Shown: piece by piece, positions 62,749 to 64,000 of the stretch
Numbering within the stretch: position 1 is the first letter of the stretch
How the letters are laid out: the number at the start of each line of letters is the position of its first letter
Source of the DNA: Rhabdothermincola salaria
Lineage (GTDB): Bacteria > Actinomycetota > Acidimicrobiia > Acidimicrobiales > Acidimicrobilacustridaceae
Direction: 5' to 3'
NCBI RefSeq assembly: GCF_021246445.1
Contig: NZ_JAJQXW010000001.1
Location: 248,001 to 312,000 of the forward strand
Length of the DNA stretch: 64,000 nt
Translations under genes and position numbers: made by a program
Notes under the pieces: model-generated
Told to the model about the DNA's origin: nothing
Seen by the model: only the letters and a program-made list of their open reading frames with translations
Database searches by the model: none

Positions 62749-64000
62749 GTGACCGACGACGGGCGAGGAGCTGGCGCCACGACCGCCCAGCCGGGTGGAG
62801 AGGGCGAGACCGGCGACCTCAACGCCACCTTCTGCGCGGCGTTCGTCGACGAGTTGGTGCGCAGTGGGGTCACCGATGCCGTGGTGTGCCCGGGCTCGCG
62901 GTCCACGCCCATGGCCCTGGCCATCGACGGCGACGAGCGCCTCCGGGTCCACGTCCACCACGACGAGCGATCGGCCGCGTTCCTCGCGCTGGGGCTGGGT
63001 CGGGCCACGGGTCGGCCTGCGCCCGTGCTCACCACCAGCGGCACCGCCGCCGTCGAGCTGCACCCGGCAGTCGTCGAGGCCGACCTCGACCGGGTGCCTC
63101 TGCTGGTGCTCACCGCCGATCGCCCTCCCGAGAAGCGTGACGTCGGCGCCGCCCAGACCATCGACCAGACACACCTCTACGGGCGGTCCGTGCGGTGGTT
63201 CGCCGACCCGGGACCGCCGTCGTGGGAGGCCGCGGACTCCTGGCGGAGCCTGGCGTCCCGGGCCGTGCTCGAGGCCGGCCGACCCCACCCCGGGCCGGTG
63301 CAGGTCAACCTGCCCTTTCGCGAGCCGCTGGTCGGCCGGCCCGGGCCGCTCCCTCCGGGCCGCGACAGCGGCCGCCCCTGGCACCGGATGGCCGCACCGT
63401 CGCCGGCTTCCGGCGACCAGGCCGGCGCCACGCGAGAGGCGCTCGCCGGGGCCGAACGGGGCGTCATCGTGGCGGGCGGCGACATCGACGACCCCGACGC
63501 CGTGTTGGCCCTGGCCGACGCCTGGGGCTGGCCGGTGCTGGCCGATCCCCGCAGCGGGTGCCGCACCGGGCACCGGGCGGCGATCGCCCACGCCGACGCC
63601 CTGCTGCGCAGCGCGGCGGTGGGCGACGAGGTCGACGCCGTGGTGCGCCTCGGATCCGTCCCGGCCTCGAAGGTCCAGGCCCAGTGGCTGGCCCGACTCG
63701 ACGTGCCCCAGGTGGTCGTGGACCGCGACGGCGCCTGGTTCGACCCCGACCGGACGGCCGGGCTCCTCGTGCCGGCGGCCCCCGGCGCCTGGGCCCGCGC
63801 CATGCTCGCGCTCGGCTCGCGGTCGACGAGCCCGGGGTGGGGTCAGCGGTGGCGCCGGGCCGACGACGCCGTCGAGGCCGTCCTCGTCGACGCGCTCGAC
63901 GGCGATGGGTCCCTCACCGAACCCGGCACCGCCCGGGTGGTCGCGGGGTCGCTGCCGGCGGGCGGCGCGCTGGTGGTGTCGTCGTCGATGCCGGTGCGCG
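62749..64000 (+). CDS. menD: SEPHCHC synthase, partial (runs off the window end; not in the ORF track)
   Basis: Manual translation gives 'CPGSRSTP', 'DERSAAF', 'TTSGTA', 'TADRPPE', 'QTIDQ', 'GPVQVNLPFREPL', ending 'SSMPVR'. Confidence 0.93.
   Translation, partial: MTDDGRGAGATTAQPGGEGETGDLNATFCAAFVDELVRSGVTDAVVCPGSRSTPMALAIDGDERLRVHVHHDERSAAFLALGLGRATGRPAPVLTTSGTAAVELHPAVVEADLDRVPLLVLTADRPPEKRDVGAAQTIDQTHLYGRSVRWFADPGPPSWEAADSWRSLASRAVLEAGRPHPGPVQVNLPFREPLVGRPGPLPPGRDSGRPWHRMAAPSPASGDQAGATREALAGAERGVIVAGGDIDDPDAVLALADAWGWPVLADPRSGCRTGHRAAIAHADALLRSAAVGDEVDAVVRLGSVPASKVQAQWLARLDVPQVVVDRDGAWFDPDRTAGLLVPAAPGAWARAMLALGSRSTSPGWGQRWRRADDAVEAVLVDALDGDGSLTEPGTARVVAGSLPAGGALVVSSSMPVR

Overview
A high-GC, gene-dense, core-chromosome region from an Actinomycetota bacterium. 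Gene content and order suggest class Acidimicrobiia (inference). Left to right: membrane-anchored XRE-HTH protein, NUDIX hydrolase, dinB and DUF3040; a moxR-DUF58-transglutaminase operon; a block of ROK kinase, HNH nuclease, LplA-like protein and ktrAB/trk; the dcw cluster (mraZ rsmH ftsL ftsI murE mraY murD ftsW murG murC murB ftsQ ftsZ pgeF yggS sepF yggT divIVA), which has no murF; ileS, dksA/traR, lspA and rluA; two Rrf2 regulators, the proteasome activator bpa, YwiC and HdeD; dnaE; a DUF35/thiolase pair; an RqlH-type RecQ and YyaL; several oxidoreductases; and menaquinone genes (menE, menA, menH, partial menD) interleaved with a DAG-kinase/cardiolipin-synthase pair. I saw no rRNA, tRNA, CRISPR array, transposase, integrase or prophage gene, and no convincing new multi-gene system. 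The most interesting observations are: a ~175-nt nested hairpin between mraZ and rsmH (mraW-motif-like); a DksA with a histone-H1-like tail and only one Cys, behind a structured 5' leader; an IleRS2 with a swapped GLHH signature; the missing murF; pervasive leaderless-promoter architecture; and tandem repeats that include stop codons. Start codons were chosen by eye and some are uncertain.
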